Origin: a virus
Reading direction: 5' to 3' (one strand)
Virus record (IMG/VR): IMGVR_UViG_3300045988_184100
Location: 33,784 to 97,783 of that record
DNA: 64,000 bases
The notes beneath the pieces were generated by a model. It made no database searches. It saw nothing but the letters and a program-made list of their open reading frames with translations, and was not told the DNA's origin. Below, in pieces: positions 33,644-43,199 of the stretch. The position numbers and the translations under genes were made by a program. How positions within the stretch are numbered: position 1 is the stretch's first letter; the number at the start of each line of letters is the position of its first letter.

Positions 33644-33721
33644 GAAAATGTAGAAAAGCAAGTCCCGCCACGGTCTTTAGGGAATGTGGCTGTGGCGGGA
33701 ACCTGCTAACGGAGGTATTTT

Positions 33722-33955
33722 ATGCTTGAAAAACTTGTCAATATTTTTGAACGTATCAAAGTTTGGGTATTGACCCTTACCCCCGCACAAATCGCGAGTC
33801 TGCTGATTCTCATTGCCGCACTGTATGCGGCGCGGAAAGTAGTGAAAAAGGGACTGTCTGTTGTATTGACCATTCTGGCTGTTCTGGCCGGACTCTATTT
33901 CCTCGTACCGAGCATCTTCTACACTGTTCTCGGTTGGCTCACGAGCATCATTTAA
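33722..33955 (+). CDS. Small membrane protein (77 aa)
   Basis: ORF with GGAGG Shine-Dalgarno. Two predicted TM helices. Confidence 0.4.
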   Translation: MLEKLVNIFERIKVWVLTLTPAQIASLLILIAALYAARKVVKKGLSVVLTILAVLAGLYFLVPSIFYTVLGWLTSII

Positions 33956-34010
33956 CCTACTAAACCCACTGAGGCTGTCAACTACGCCTCCACACTGAAA
34001 GGACAAAACT

Positions 34011-34442
34011 ATGAATCACTATGAAACTCTTCGCCTGCTTTGGATTGTAGGCCGAACCGTTGCCACCTGCATACTTCTTGCCTTTATTCTTAAAAAGGCC
34101 AAGTATCCCATTTGGGCGGGGCTTATCCCCGTGTATAACATCATTTGCCTATTCTATTCCGTTTTTGGGAACCTTCGCTATATATGGCTGATGCTCATAC
34201 CGGGTGTAAACCTCATCATGTGGATTATCATATGGGTGAAGTTCATACCTATGCTTGGCGTCGAATATCAAGGTCGCACCAGCTACCACACCCCTAAACT
34301 TTTTATTTGGATGATTTTCTTTCAGCTCATCGTCCTTGCAATTCTGGCTTTTGACGCCACAGAGTACAAGGGCGAATTCCCCGGACCGAACCCATTCTTA
34401 AAAAAACCTGTTTCAGCCAAGGCTGATGAGACTGTAGGTTGA
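34011..34442 (+). CDS. Membrane protein (143 aa)
   Basis: ORF with AAAGGA Shine-Dalgarno. Multiple TM helices. Confidence 0.4.
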   Translation: MNHYETLRLLWIVGRTVATCILLAFILKKAKYPIWAGLIPVYNIICLFYSVFGNLRYIWLMLIPGVNLIMWIIIWVKFIPMLGVEYQGRTSYHTPKLFIWMIFFQLIVLAILAFDATEYKGEFPGPNPFLKKPVSAKADETVG

Positions 34443-34459
34443 TAGAATTGGAGAGTTGT

Positions 34460-34915
34460 ATGAACAATCAAATTGGACTCAAAGAAGCGTGGGAACAGTT
34501 GCTGGCGTATGACCCTGCTGTCTGGATAGGAGTTTTTACTGCTATCGTTGTTTTTGCTATTGAAATCGTTTTATACAAAAAAGGAATCATTTTTTCGAGC
34601 GGCGAGAAAAAAATAGCGAAGGCAAAAGAAAGCGGGCATATGCTTTCTGCAACACAGGTAAAATGTCGTTATCACGAAAAGAGCTCTGGTGCAAGAAATT
34701 ATGTAGCCACATACGAATATGAGCTTGATGGCTTGCACACAAAAACGGTTGTGACTTCAAATAGTATGCCGCCTTTGAAAATTACTCTCTACTACGATAA
34801 CGGCAAAGTCTTTTCAGAAGCTGATGTAAGTTCAAGCCCATCAAAACTTCTTATGTATATTATCCCAATTATCGCTGCAATAGCGGTGATGAAAGCATTG
34901 GGATTTGAGGGCTAA
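34460..34915 (+). CDS. Membrane-anchored hypothetical protein (151 aa)
   Basis: ATG after GGAGAG. One TM helix. Confidence 0.4.
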   Translation: MNNQIGLKEAWEQLLAYDPAVWIGVFTAIVVFAIEIVLYKKGIIFSSGEKKIAKAKESGHMLSATQVKCRYHEKSSGARNYVATYEYELDGLHTKTVVTSNSMPPLKITLYYDNGKVFSEADVSSSPSKLLMYIIPIIAAIAVMKALGFEG

Positions 34916-34939
34916 ACAGAGAAAGGAAGATGATGCCCT

Positions 34940-36433
34940 ATGGCGAGAGATAACACATGGACTTTCACTGCTGAGGAAGTCGCACAAATCAAAAAGCTGC
35001 CTAAGCGCCAGTTTAAGCTGGGTGCTGGGAATATCTGTACCGGATATTTCGATGACGCCAATAGTCGCTTCTACGAGTGCAGGGAGGACGGAGAGCTGAC
35101 TGGCCGCGTTGGTAGCGCAAAGAAGCAGACGACTATCGTTGTTCCCGCTGCAAACGGCGGCGACGACGCGCCCCCTTCCGCACCTGAGAAAAAGGAAGCC
35201 TCTCGGAGCACGGAATCCCCCACTCACAGCACCGACACGCCCAGCTCAGGCACGGCAGAAACCCCCGACTGGCGCGAGCTCAAGCGGCAGGAGGAAGAAC
35301 GGCTGAAGGCCGAGAGGCTGCGGGAAAAGGAGCAGAAAAAGCAGCAGAAGCGCAAACCGGCGGAAAAGAACGTATCCGCAAGTGATGCGGCAGGAACAAG
35401 CATGGTCCCTGTAAGTAAAGGGAAGCGGTTTCTGAAAAAGGTCGTTTATCCTGCTGCAGCTATCATTGCCGGTGCCGCTATTGTCTTCTGCGTCTACACC
35501 ACGCTGGCCAACCGCTCTGCACCTATCGGGTTTCAGTACCCCACGACGCTCCAGCGTTCTGATGGAACGACAGTTTCCACGTCCTACGTTCATGGAGATA
35601 GCGTGCAGGTGATTCAGGTCACAGACGATATACTGCCGGGAACGCAGTTCTCTAAGGATAATCTTGCCGTAGCAACCATTCCTGCCGACGTCTACAACTG
35701 CGCTGTGGCCATTGGCTCCAAGCTGTGTAATGTGGACATGGCATCCACTGTGGTGGGGAAATACGCGACTGAATATATCGGCGCCGGTCAAATTCTCCGC
35801 ATCGACCAGTTCAGTGTAAACAGCACAGGAGGAACATCAGTTGCCGTCAACCCTTGGCTGGCCGCTGATGAGGAAGATGTGCGAGATTATCTGTGGGAAA
35901 CGGATACCAGCTTCCTCATGTTTGGACGCGAGGCTGTCATTACCATCAATCGCACAGTGGACGACAACAACCCCGCGTTGCGCGAGGAACTCTATGCGGA
36001 TGACCCCACTATCGAGTACACCATCAGCGATAAGGACGAGCATAACCGGAGGCATGAAACCATTAAGCTGAATGCGGTGGTAAGTGACCTCCTGAACGCC
36101 GACGGAACGCTGCTGTTTGATGTCTATGCCAAGCTGGGAGCAATCCCGCAGGGCGAGTTGACACAGTATGTGAAGAACCATGTTAGCATCGCAAAAATGG
36201 TTCCCTCCATTGTAAGATTCCGTATGACAGAAAAGGCTGCAACCGTGTATGACGCAGCCATGGTCACTGGTGCAGATGCAACACTTACCAGCGGTACGGT
36301 TACGACCGTGGAGCTGCTGGAGGAGCTGGAAGCAAACACTCCCGAACGCGCCGCACAGCTCAACATCTGCCAATTTGTAGACCGCGTGCTCTGCGGTGAT
36401 ACCGCACCTCAGAACACGAACCCCGTACAGTAA
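34940..36433 (+). CDS. Membrane-anchored protein with a charged low-complexity N-terminus and a large extracytoplasmic domain (497 aa)
   Basis: TM helix VVYPAAAIIAGAAIVFCVYTTLA after a K/E/P-rich region. Confidence 0.45.
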   Translation: MARDNTWTFTAEEVAQIKKLPKRQFKLGAGNICTGYFDDANSRFYECREDGELTGRVGSAKKQTTIVVPAANGGDDAPPSAPEKKEASRSTESPTHSTDTPSSGTAETPDWRELKRQEEERLKAERLREKEQKKQQKRKPAEKNVSASDAAGTSMVPVSKGKRFLKKVVYPAAAIIAGAAIVFCVYTTLANRSAPIGFQYPTTLQRSDGTTVSTSYVHGDSVQVIQVTDDILPGTQFSKDNLAVATIPADVYNCAVAIGSKLCNVDMASTVVGKYATEYIGAGQILRIDQFSVNSTGGTSVAVNPWLAADEEDVRDYLWETDTSFLMFGREAVITINRTVDDNNPALREELYADDPTIEYTISDKDEHNRRHETIKLNAVVSDLLNADGTLLFDVYAKLGAIPQGELTQYVKNHVSIAKMVPSIVRFRMTEKAATVYDAAMVTGADATLTSGTVTTVELLEELEANTPERAAQLNICQFVDRVLCGDTAPQNTNPVQ

Positions 36434-36456
36434 AAATCCGTAAGGAGGAATCCTAT

Positions 36457-37143
36457 ATGAAGAAGTTCATCGCATTGACTCTGGCCGTGCTTATGGCTCT
36501 GACCATTGTGGGCTGTGGAAAGAAAGATAAAGATGAGGACACCGGCGAACCTCAGTACAACCTCGAAAATCCCGAACCCATCCCCGACGGTGAAGAGGAC
36601 TCCCAAGGATATATCGGGGATGGCAAGTACCGCAACGACATCAAGTTGAGCTGTACGCTGGAATCCGGCTATGAGGTCACGCTGGGTATGGGCGACAAGG
36701 ATGCCGGCGTCAACGCCATCTACTTGAATCCCACCTGCAACGACCCCAACGGTGCGGCGTTCTATATCAAGTGCGAGCGTACGACATATCCCCTATACTT
36801 TATGCCGGAAGAATACGCAACCGTCAAGCGGCAAGATTTTTACACAATGGATACCAACAGTATTGCAGCCTTTACTTGGTATGACGATGTGCTGGGAATT
36901 GACGCGACCTACCGCGATGTAAATAAATTCGGTGTTGCGTGGCAGGACTCCATTCTTGTGGATGGATATAACGGCAATGAAACGCTGACAATCCGCGTAT
37001 GTGATAAGGCTACGGGCGAAGACCTTGGCAGCTTTATCGCACACATCAACTACGACAAGGCAGCGGATGTTTACTATCTCGCAGATATGAGCGCGGTCAT
37101 CGAAGGTGCCGATACTGAGACAGATACCGCACTCGCTAACTAA
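36457..37143 (+). CDS. Lipoprotein (228 aa)
   Basis: Signal peptide with lipobox: MKKFIALTLAVLMALTIVGCGKK. Confidence 0.5.
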   Translation: MKKFIALTLAVLMALTIVGCGKKDKDEDTGEPQYNLENPEPIPDGEEDSQGYIGDGKYRNDIKLSCTLESGYEVTLGMGDKDAGVNAIYLNPTCNDPNGAAFYIKCERTTYPLYFMPEEYATVKRQDFYTMDTNSIAAFTWYDDVLGIDATYRDVNKFGVAWQDSILVDGYNGNETLTIRVCDKATGEDLGSFIAHINYDKAADVYYLADMSAVIEGADTETDTALAN

Positions 37144-37167
37144 AAAAAAGAAAAGGAGAGAAAAACC

Positions 37168-37614
37168 ATGCCCGCAATTATCAGTGACTCAAAGCAGCAG
37201 CAGGCACTCCAGCAGGTCTCAGACGGACTGAAAGCAGTCGCAGACATCAATACGATGTTAGATATCGCTGCGAAGGATAACGCCTTTACGGTATCGGCAA
37301 AAAGCCGTAAAAAGCCTGCTATCGTTGTAGATGAACAGGCCGCGACACGCATCCAGTCCGCCATGAAAAATTTCCGCGAAAAAATGGTCAAGAAAATCCG
37401 CGATACCGCTGAAAGGCAGCGTATTGCACTGTCCGAGGAGGATGAGGCTATTCTCAACTGGGGCGTGACCCCTGTTGCAGCGGAAGCCACAGAAGACGAG
37501 GACAGCGATGATGGCCTTGTGAACGAGGCCAATACGCCGGAAAACGCCTTTACTCCGGAAGAGTCTGAACCTCAGGAGGATGCAGAAATCGGAAGGCCCT
37601 TCTTTTTCAATTAA
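37168..37614 (+). CDS. Hypothetical acidic protein (148 aa)
   Basis: ORF with AAAAGGAGAG Shine-Dalgarno. Confidence 0.4.
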   Translation: MPAIISDSKQQQALQQVSDGLKAVADINTMLDIAAKDNAFTVSAKSRKKPAIVVDEQAATRIQSAMKNFREKMVKKIRDTAERQRIALSEEDEAILNWGVTPVAAEATEDEDSDDGLVNEANTPENAFTPEESEPQEDAEIGRPFFFN

Positions 37615-37629
37615 CTCTCACAACACGAA

Positions 37630-37697
37630 AGAGGTCTTGCCACAAGGCAAGGCCTCTTCTAAACGCAAAAAAGCCGGCCCGTAGGCCGGCTTTTTTC
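37630..37697. terminator. Tandem, bidirectional intrinsic terminators
   Basis: AGAGGTCTTGCCACAAGGCAAGGCCTCT and AAAAAAGCCGGCCCGTAGGCCGGCTTTTTT. Confidence 0.6.
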
Positions 37698-38229
37698 ACT
37701 TTTCCGAAGAAAGCTCCGACTTGACCTCTTCTGTGTCCTTCGCATCGGAAGGCACATAGATTTCTTTGTAGGCCAAGCAATGAGTATTATCTCTTGCACG
37801 AACATAGATGGTGTACTTAAAGCCGGGATACAGGTCCTTGTTCTTGCGGTCAGGAAGATTAAACACATGGGCCTCTTGACCTTCGTCTTCCCCTGTTACA
37901 AAAACCACCTCTTTGCTGTCCCGTGGCCATGACCGAGACCGCACAGAGCGGCACAAAGCAATATGACACACGATGTCCCCATTCTGCCATTCTGTTCGCA
38001 AGTGTAGGGCAGAATAGACAACATATCCTGCCAGCAAGAGGATAACGCCGGCAAAGGGAAGCATTGCCTTCAATTCGGACTTCTGCAGGCAAAGCGTTGC
38101 AATGAGGATAACCACAATGGCACCGGCCATCAAGATTCCCTTCATCGTGAGGCGCTGCAGAGCTTCAGGATAATCGCGAGTATCGGCGACGATATCGCTC
38201 TGGAGGTCAGGCTCAGATTTATTCACCAC
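37696..38229 (-). CDS. Membrane protein (177 aa from the GTG start; the ORF track extends to 38277)
   Basis: GTG 5 nt after GGAGGTGG. Two TM helices. Confidence 0.35.
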   Translation of the reverse strand: MVNKSEPDLQSDIVADTRDYPEALQRLTMKGILMAGAIVVILIATLCLQKSELKAMLPFAGVILLLAGYVVYSALHLRTEWQNGDIVCHIALCRSVRSRSWPRDSKEVVFVTGEDEGQEAHVFNLPDRKNKDLYPGFKYTIYVRARDNTHCLAYKEIYVPSDAKDTEEVKSELSSEK

Positions 38230-38878
38230 AAGAACCACCTCCAGTTGCAGAGAAAGAAGGTTTGATACGGCGTCCACGGAAAAAGAGCCGCGAGTTCGCT
38301 TCGCGTCCGGTTACTGAGCCGATGACCAATGCCATTTCATCCGATGTTGCCACACCTGTGGCCATATTTCCGGACGCAACAGCCACCTCCATCAGCTTGT
38401 CTGCGGGAACGTCAATTACTGCGGCTACCGCAGCAGCACGAGCCTTCGGCATCTCCTTGTAAGGGTATGTGGAAAAAATATACTGTGCGAGTCCCTGAAC
38501 GCCAGCCATCTGTTCCAGATAATCAAGCGTAACTCCCTCCCTGTTCAGATAATCCGCAATGAGAGGATAACCCTCGCTGAAATACCACGAATGAGCGCCA
38601 CGGATATTGTTGCAAAGCATCACAACATCCGCAACAGGAATGCCCGTTGTCTCTGAAGCGGCGGATATGGGCGCATCCTTATTCGCGACAAAAAAACCGA
38701 CCACAGACCTTACCTGCTCTTCATTCAGTGCGGGACGAGGATACCTTTTGGCCTTATCATTAGGAAAAGGAATCTTCTGCAGATGCAGATACACCTGCTG
38801 CCGGGAAATGCCAAAGGTATCAGCAATTTCCTGCACAGAGTAGCCGTTCCACCGCATCAGCGCAATATACGTCGCCAT
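38219..38878 (-). CDS. Protein with an N-terminal helix-turn-helix resembling sigma-70 region 4 (219 aa)
   Basis: NGYSVQEIADTFGISRQQVYLHLQKI. ATG after GGGGTGAG. Confidence 0.4.
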   Translation of the reverse strand: MATYIALMRWNGYSVQEIADTFGISRQQVYLHLQKIPFPNDKAKRYPRPALNEEQVRSVVGFFVANKDAPISAASETTGIPVADVVMLCNNIRGAHSWYFSEGYPLIADYLNREGVTLDYLEQMAGVQGLAQYIFSTYPYKEMPKARAAAVAAVIDVPADKLMEVAVASGNMATGVATSDEMALVIGSVTGREANSRLFFRGRRIKPSFSATGGGSCGE

Positions 38879-38921
38879 GCGCTCACCCCATTGTGCGTTT
38901 TCAGACTTTGTTGTTGTAGCG

Positions 38922-39468
38922 TCAAACAAACCAAATCGCCTCCTTTAAGTAGTCGCCGGCTTCGTAGAAGAAATTGATGGTACAAAGAACTGCGACACAC
39001 GCCAAGACAAAAGAAAATGCGTGACCAGCAGCACTGTCCGTCTTTATACCGAATATCCAGAAGCGATGGGATATCGGCCAAAGCAAAGGAACGCCGGCTT
39101 TATTGAAAAGGTCGAGCAAAATATGAGTTGCTCCACCAATCACAAACGCAAGGATATAGGTCAACCATTCAGCACCCAAAAGCAGCTTCAAGGCCGCGTA
39201 CAGTGCCGCCCAAATGAAGGGCGCATGGGTAATACCCCTATGCCCAAAAAGAGCATTTACGGCAGCGGACACGTGTCTATTGCGTCGTCCCGCTCTGCTG
39301 CGCGGAAGGTCTATGTCAGGCGCGAGGGAGCCCGCCATGGACAGTCCAACCACTCCGACACACGGAAGAATGCCGTCCGGCGCCGGAAGGCCAAATGCTC
39401 CGAAGATTTGTGCCTGCACAAGAAGTAATCCTGCCGTGTATCCGGCAAAAGTATGGGTTCGCCCGTCC
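38922..39468 (-). CDS. YdjM-family (DUF457) membrane-bound metal-dependent hydrolase
   Basis: Motifs LAPDIDLP, FGHRGITHA and HILLDLFNKAGVPLLWP match E. coli YdjM. TTG start 5 nt after GGAGGTG. Confidence 0.55.
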
Positions 39469-39563
39469 AATGGTTCACCTCCTAATGTTTTGAACGGGGT
39501 ATAGCACAATAACAAGATTCTTGTTATTTATCTCGGAAATTACAGGTAAATAACAAGCATCTT

Positions 39564-39575
39564 GAACAAATGTTC
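39564..39575. promoter_or_regulatory. Cheo-type LexA/SOS box GAACAAATGTTC upstream of the ydjM-like gene
   Basis: Matches the GAAC-N4-GTTC consensus. YdjM is SOS-regulated in E. coli. An adjacent 11-bp inverted repeat CTTGTTATTTA ... TAAATAACAAG sits at 39521-39558. Confidence 0.4.
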
Positions 39576-39648
39576 TGGTACATCTTTGTTAAATAGAACA
39601 CTTGTACTATACCATAGACTATGTTAAAATGTCAACTATGATGCAGCA

Positions 39649-41964
39649 TCACCGATGTCCAGAGCGCCGACTCCGCGAAGAACCACGCGACGTACTGCGA
39701 CTACCGGAACGACCACCACCAGAGCGCGAGGAGGCTCCTGCGGGTTTGGTGCTGTTGAACTGAAGTGTAAAGTTCGGGCCCCAATCACTGCGCTGACTGT
39801 CATCCATCACAAGGTCTGCCGCAAATGTACCGCCGTCCTTCTTGGTCAGCTTCGTCTTGTGGGCAGGCTTTCCGGCGAGGAAGTTTTTAACATCCTTCTC
39901 TGTGAATGTGATGTGCTGGAACAGGGTCGGTTTTGGCTTTTTCCAGATGGTAAACTTACATCCACTCTTCCAGTTGGAACAACCAAAGCCCATTTTCCCC
40001 TCTATGATGTTCCCACCACAGCGAGGACACACTCCTATCGGCGTGAATCCCTTCCTTGTCGGGACAATATTGGGGTCCACTTTAGGATGCGGTTGCTGCA
40101 GGAAATCTTTGAGCATAGCCAGAACGTTTTGTTCCAGCTTCTCCGGCGTCGCCTTCCCCTCATGTATCTCCTCTTGGATGACCCACCACAAGGCGGTGAG
40201 GTCCGGTCCACGAAGGGAATCGGGGAGAATGCGATACAGCTCGCGTCCAAGTGGAGTGGAAATAAGGGACTTCCCCTTTTCCTGCAAGAACCCTCTTGAA
40301 ATGAGACCGGAGATTATCTGGTCCCGTGTTGCGCTGGTGCCGATAGCCCCGTTATTCTCTTCCACGTCGGCATCTTTCTTCAGCAGAGTGCTCTTGATGA
40401 ATGGGTCGGTAACATACTTGGCAATACGGCTCATATCCTTCGCCAGCGTGTACTGTGTATAACGAGGAGGGGGATTTGTTTCCTTCTCTAAGACCTGAGC
40501 GTCGGAAACAAAGGCATCGTAGCTGCCGGCGGGTATCATACTCAACGCAGTGGGCGTATCTACACCTTCGCGCATCATCACGAGATAACCGGGTTTCAGA
40601 ACACCAGTGCTGGACGCCTCTAAAGTGGCGCCGTCCGGCAGCGGGACGACCAGCCTTGTTGTTTCCTTCTCAGCGGGCGGAAAGAATTGGATAAGATAAT
40701 ACTTACAAATGGCAAGATATACGTTTCGTTCCCGCTCTGTCATCTTGTTGAGGTCGAGACTCACATTTTGAGGAATGATGCCAAAATGGGCTTCAATTTT
40801 AGAATCGTCGAAGCACCGCCCCTTCGTCTTGAAGTCCATACCAAGAATAGGGTTGAAATTTCCCTTTCCTACCGTGTTTATGTTTGCGATAACGGTACGG
40901 GAGGTGGCGGGAGCTTCCGCAAAGTAGTTTTCGGGGAGATATCGCACCTGAGTACGGTTATATGTAATGGCGTTGTAGTTATCGCGTAAAGACTGCGTGA
41001 TTTCCATGGTGTCGTCCAGCTTGTAGCCGAAACTCTTCAAACAGTAGCCCTGCAATTCCAGCATATCAAACGGCAAAGGCGGTTGTTCTTTGGAAATCTT
41101 TTTTGTAACGGCAGCCCCAGAGAACTGTTTTCCGGAAATCATCGCAGACTTGCTCTCCGCGTAAGGTCTTTCCAAGATAAGCCCATCAGTCAGATGAGGG
41201 TCATCTTTCTTCGGCCTGTACTTCGTCTCAACGACCTTACCCTCAACAGAAGTCTTCGCTGAGACCTCATAGTATTTTGTTTTTACGTGGTTTTCGATAA
41301 GCATATCACGCTCAACCACAAGCCCAAGGGTAGGAGACTGCACACGTCCAACTGTCAGCGAAGCATTGTTGACCAGCGAATAATACCGGCTCATATTAAC
41401 GCCAACCATCAGGTCCGCAACGCTGCGGGCATAGGCTGACCAGCCCATGTTCTCAAAGGAACGGTTGTCTTTAAGATTATTGAGCGCACGCCGCAACGCC
41501 GGAATAGATGTGTCACCTGTCGCCAGACGGTAGACAGGCCCACGATAGTGATGCCAGCGAAGCAGTTCATCAATAAGGAGCTGCCCCTCTTCATCAGGGT
41601 CGCCGGCATGGATAACACAGCTACACTGTTTCAGCAGCTCGCCGATGCGGGCAACGCGCTCATTGGGGTTCACTCCCCTGCCATTGTATTCTTTGATTTT
41701 GGTCTGCCAGTTAGGGAAGTAAATGGGTAGTGCAGACAAATCCCACTTACCAAGAGCGGCATCGTAATCCTCAGGTTCTTTCAAAGACAAAAGGTGTCCC
41801 TGTGAACACACGATGACGTAATCGCCCTTTACGGTCGCTCCACGGTCAGAACGTGCCGTGCCGGGGATAGCTTGAGCAATCAAATCGCCAAGCTGTTTTT
41901 TCTCAGCAAGTATTAGTTTAATGTGGAAACACGACCTTTCACAGCAGGTGTTAAAAGCTCCCAA
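39649..41964 (-). CDS. topB: DNA topoisomerase III (type IA) with C-terminal zinc ribbons and a Gly/Ser/Arg-rich tail
   Basis: N-terminal IKLILAEKKQLGDLIAQAIPG (Toprim), central Topo IA core, C-terminal GVCPRCGGNIIEGKMGFGCSNWKSGC. The start codon is uncertain: either the TTG at 41964 or a later codon. Confidence 0.75.
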   Translation of the reverse strand: MGAFNTCCERSCFHIKLILAEKKQLGDLIAQAIPGTARSDRGATVKGDYVIVCSQGHLLSLKEPEDYDAALGKWDLSALPIYFPNWQTKIKEYNGRGVNPNERVARIGELLKQCSCVIHAGDPDEEGQLLIDELLRWHHYRGPVYRLATGDTSIPALRRALNNLKDNRSFENMGWSAYARSVADLMVGVNMSRYYSLVNNASLTVGRVQSPTLGLVVERDMLIENHVKTKYYEVSAKTSVEGKVVETKYRPKKDDPHLTDGLILERPYAESKSAMISGKQFSGAAVTKKISKEQPPLPFDMLELQGYCLKSFGYKLDDTMEITQSLRDNYNAITYNRTQVRYLPENYFAEAPATSRTVIANINTVGKGNFNPILGMDFKTKGRCFDDSKIEAHFGIIPQNVSLDLNKMTERERNVYLAICKYYLIQFFPPAEKETTRLVVPLPDGATLEASSTGVLKPGYLVMMREGVDTPTALSMIPAGSYDAFVSDAQVLEKETNPPPRYTQYTLAKDMSRIAKYVTDPFIKSTLLKKDADVEENNGAIGTSATRDQIISGLISRGFLQEKGKSLISTPLGRELYRILPDSLRGPDLTALWWVIQEEIHEGKATPEKLEQNVLAMLKDFLQQPHPKVDPNIVPTRKGFTPIGVCPRCGGNIIEGKMGFGCSNWKSGCKFTIWKKPKPTLFQHITFTEKDVKNFLAGKPAHKTKLTKKDGGTFAADLVMDDSQRSDWGPNFTLQFNSTKPAGASSRSGGGRSGSRSTSRGSSRSRRSGHR

Positions 41965-41994
41965 AAGGGCTTATTTCTTCGATTTCATATTAGC

Positions 41995-42024
41995 ACGAAC
42001 ATAAAGTAATGTCAAGTACACGGA
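41995..42024 (-). promoter_or_regulatory. topB promoter (TTGACA-17-TAATAT) with the conserved TTTATGTTCGTG spacer
   Basis: RC reads TTGACATTACTTTATGTTCGTGCTAATAT. Confidence 0.5.
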
Positions 42025-42521
42025 GCGTAAAAAGGGTGGCTCATGTGCCAAAATCATTCAAGTCGTAAGGGAGAAAAGCAAAACGTCTAAAAACGTAAAA
42101 TTTGGTAAGAATATCTACATTTAGCACAAAAATGAGCAGAATCCTTTAACAAATGATTAAAAGATGTTACACGAAACTGTAACATCCCACAAATTAACAC
42201 AGCTTATATTAGGAATAATGTCAACACGAAAGACATGATTGTTCCAATTTTCACAAGTCGTAAACTTGACAAAATTATGTAATCGTGGTAGAGTGATATT
42301 GAATATGGAACATAAGCGCTGGCAGACGACTTTCACTGCCGCAGGAAGCACTTACTCCACTTTTGCGGCATAGAAGCAGCGGCTTGTCAGCGCTATTTCC
42401 ATGTACTCTTGCCAGCCCAATACGCGGGAGCAATATCTCGAATGGCGAACAAAACACGCCACCGTCATCGTTTTCAAAGGTAGAAAGGAAAAAGTAGCAG
42501 CGTAGAAGGAGGTCACGGGAA

Positions 42522-43088
42522 ATGCAACGAAAACACAACAGTAGAATCTATGAGCACGGAACCAGCAACGAAGAAAAACAGAACAAGAAAGATAACGACG
42601 ACCTCATTGATGACGTTTGCCAATTCACAGGCAGCACAAGCGACGCTGTCCGGAAGTCTGTAGAAATGGCAGTCAACGACCCTCTTTCCCTTATGGATGT
42701 GATGATATCTATAATGGAGTTTGGAGGGGACGACCCCGAAACAGCGAAGCGGCTTCTCGACATGGCAGAGCTTCGCCTCAAGACCCTTGTGAAGCAGCAC
42801 GAAATTTACGGCACCCGTGCGCCGCACGACCTTGTCCCCGAAGAGCAGAGTCTCTGTCGGGCTTTCTCTCCCCGCGAGGTGCTGCGGATGTGGTTGTTTA
42901 GGCGCGAAAATGTCATTGTTACCCCTATCGCCAGTATCTACGAATCCATGTCCGACATGATTACGGATATCTGTGATGAGAATAAGTGGGGCAGGGCAAA
43001 GGGAGAGGAATTCATCCAGCGTGAATATGCGAACCACTATCAGTTTATTGATAGTATTGGGCTTATCGTGTACGAGCTGGACGCATAG
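42522..43088 (+). CDS. Hypothetical protein (188 aa)
   Basis: ORF with AGAAGGAGG Shine-Dalgarno. Confidence 0.45.
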   Translation: MQRKHNSRIYEHGTSNEEKQNKKDNDDLIDDVCQFTGSTSDAVRKSVEMAVNDPLSLMDVMISIMEFGGDDPETAKRLLDMAELRLKTLVKQHEIYGTRAPHDLVPEEQSLCRAFSPREVLRMWLFRRENVIVTPIASIYESMSDMITDICDENKWGRAKGEEFIQREYANHYQFIDSIGLIVYELDA

Positions 43089-43130
43089 CAACCTGCAAAG
43101 ACAAATACATTTCAAAATTAAAATTTCTCA

Positions 43131-43197
43131 GGAAGCAGCCCAAGGGTTGCTTCCTTTTTTGAAAAAAAGACCGATGGGCTCACCACCGGTCTTTTTC
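43131..43197. terminator. Two hairpin terminators between convergent genes
   Basis: GGAAGCAGCCCAAGGGTTGCTTCC followed by TTTTTT. GACCGATGGGCTCACCACCGGTC followed by TTTTT. Confidence 0.5.
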
Positions 43198-43199
43198 GC

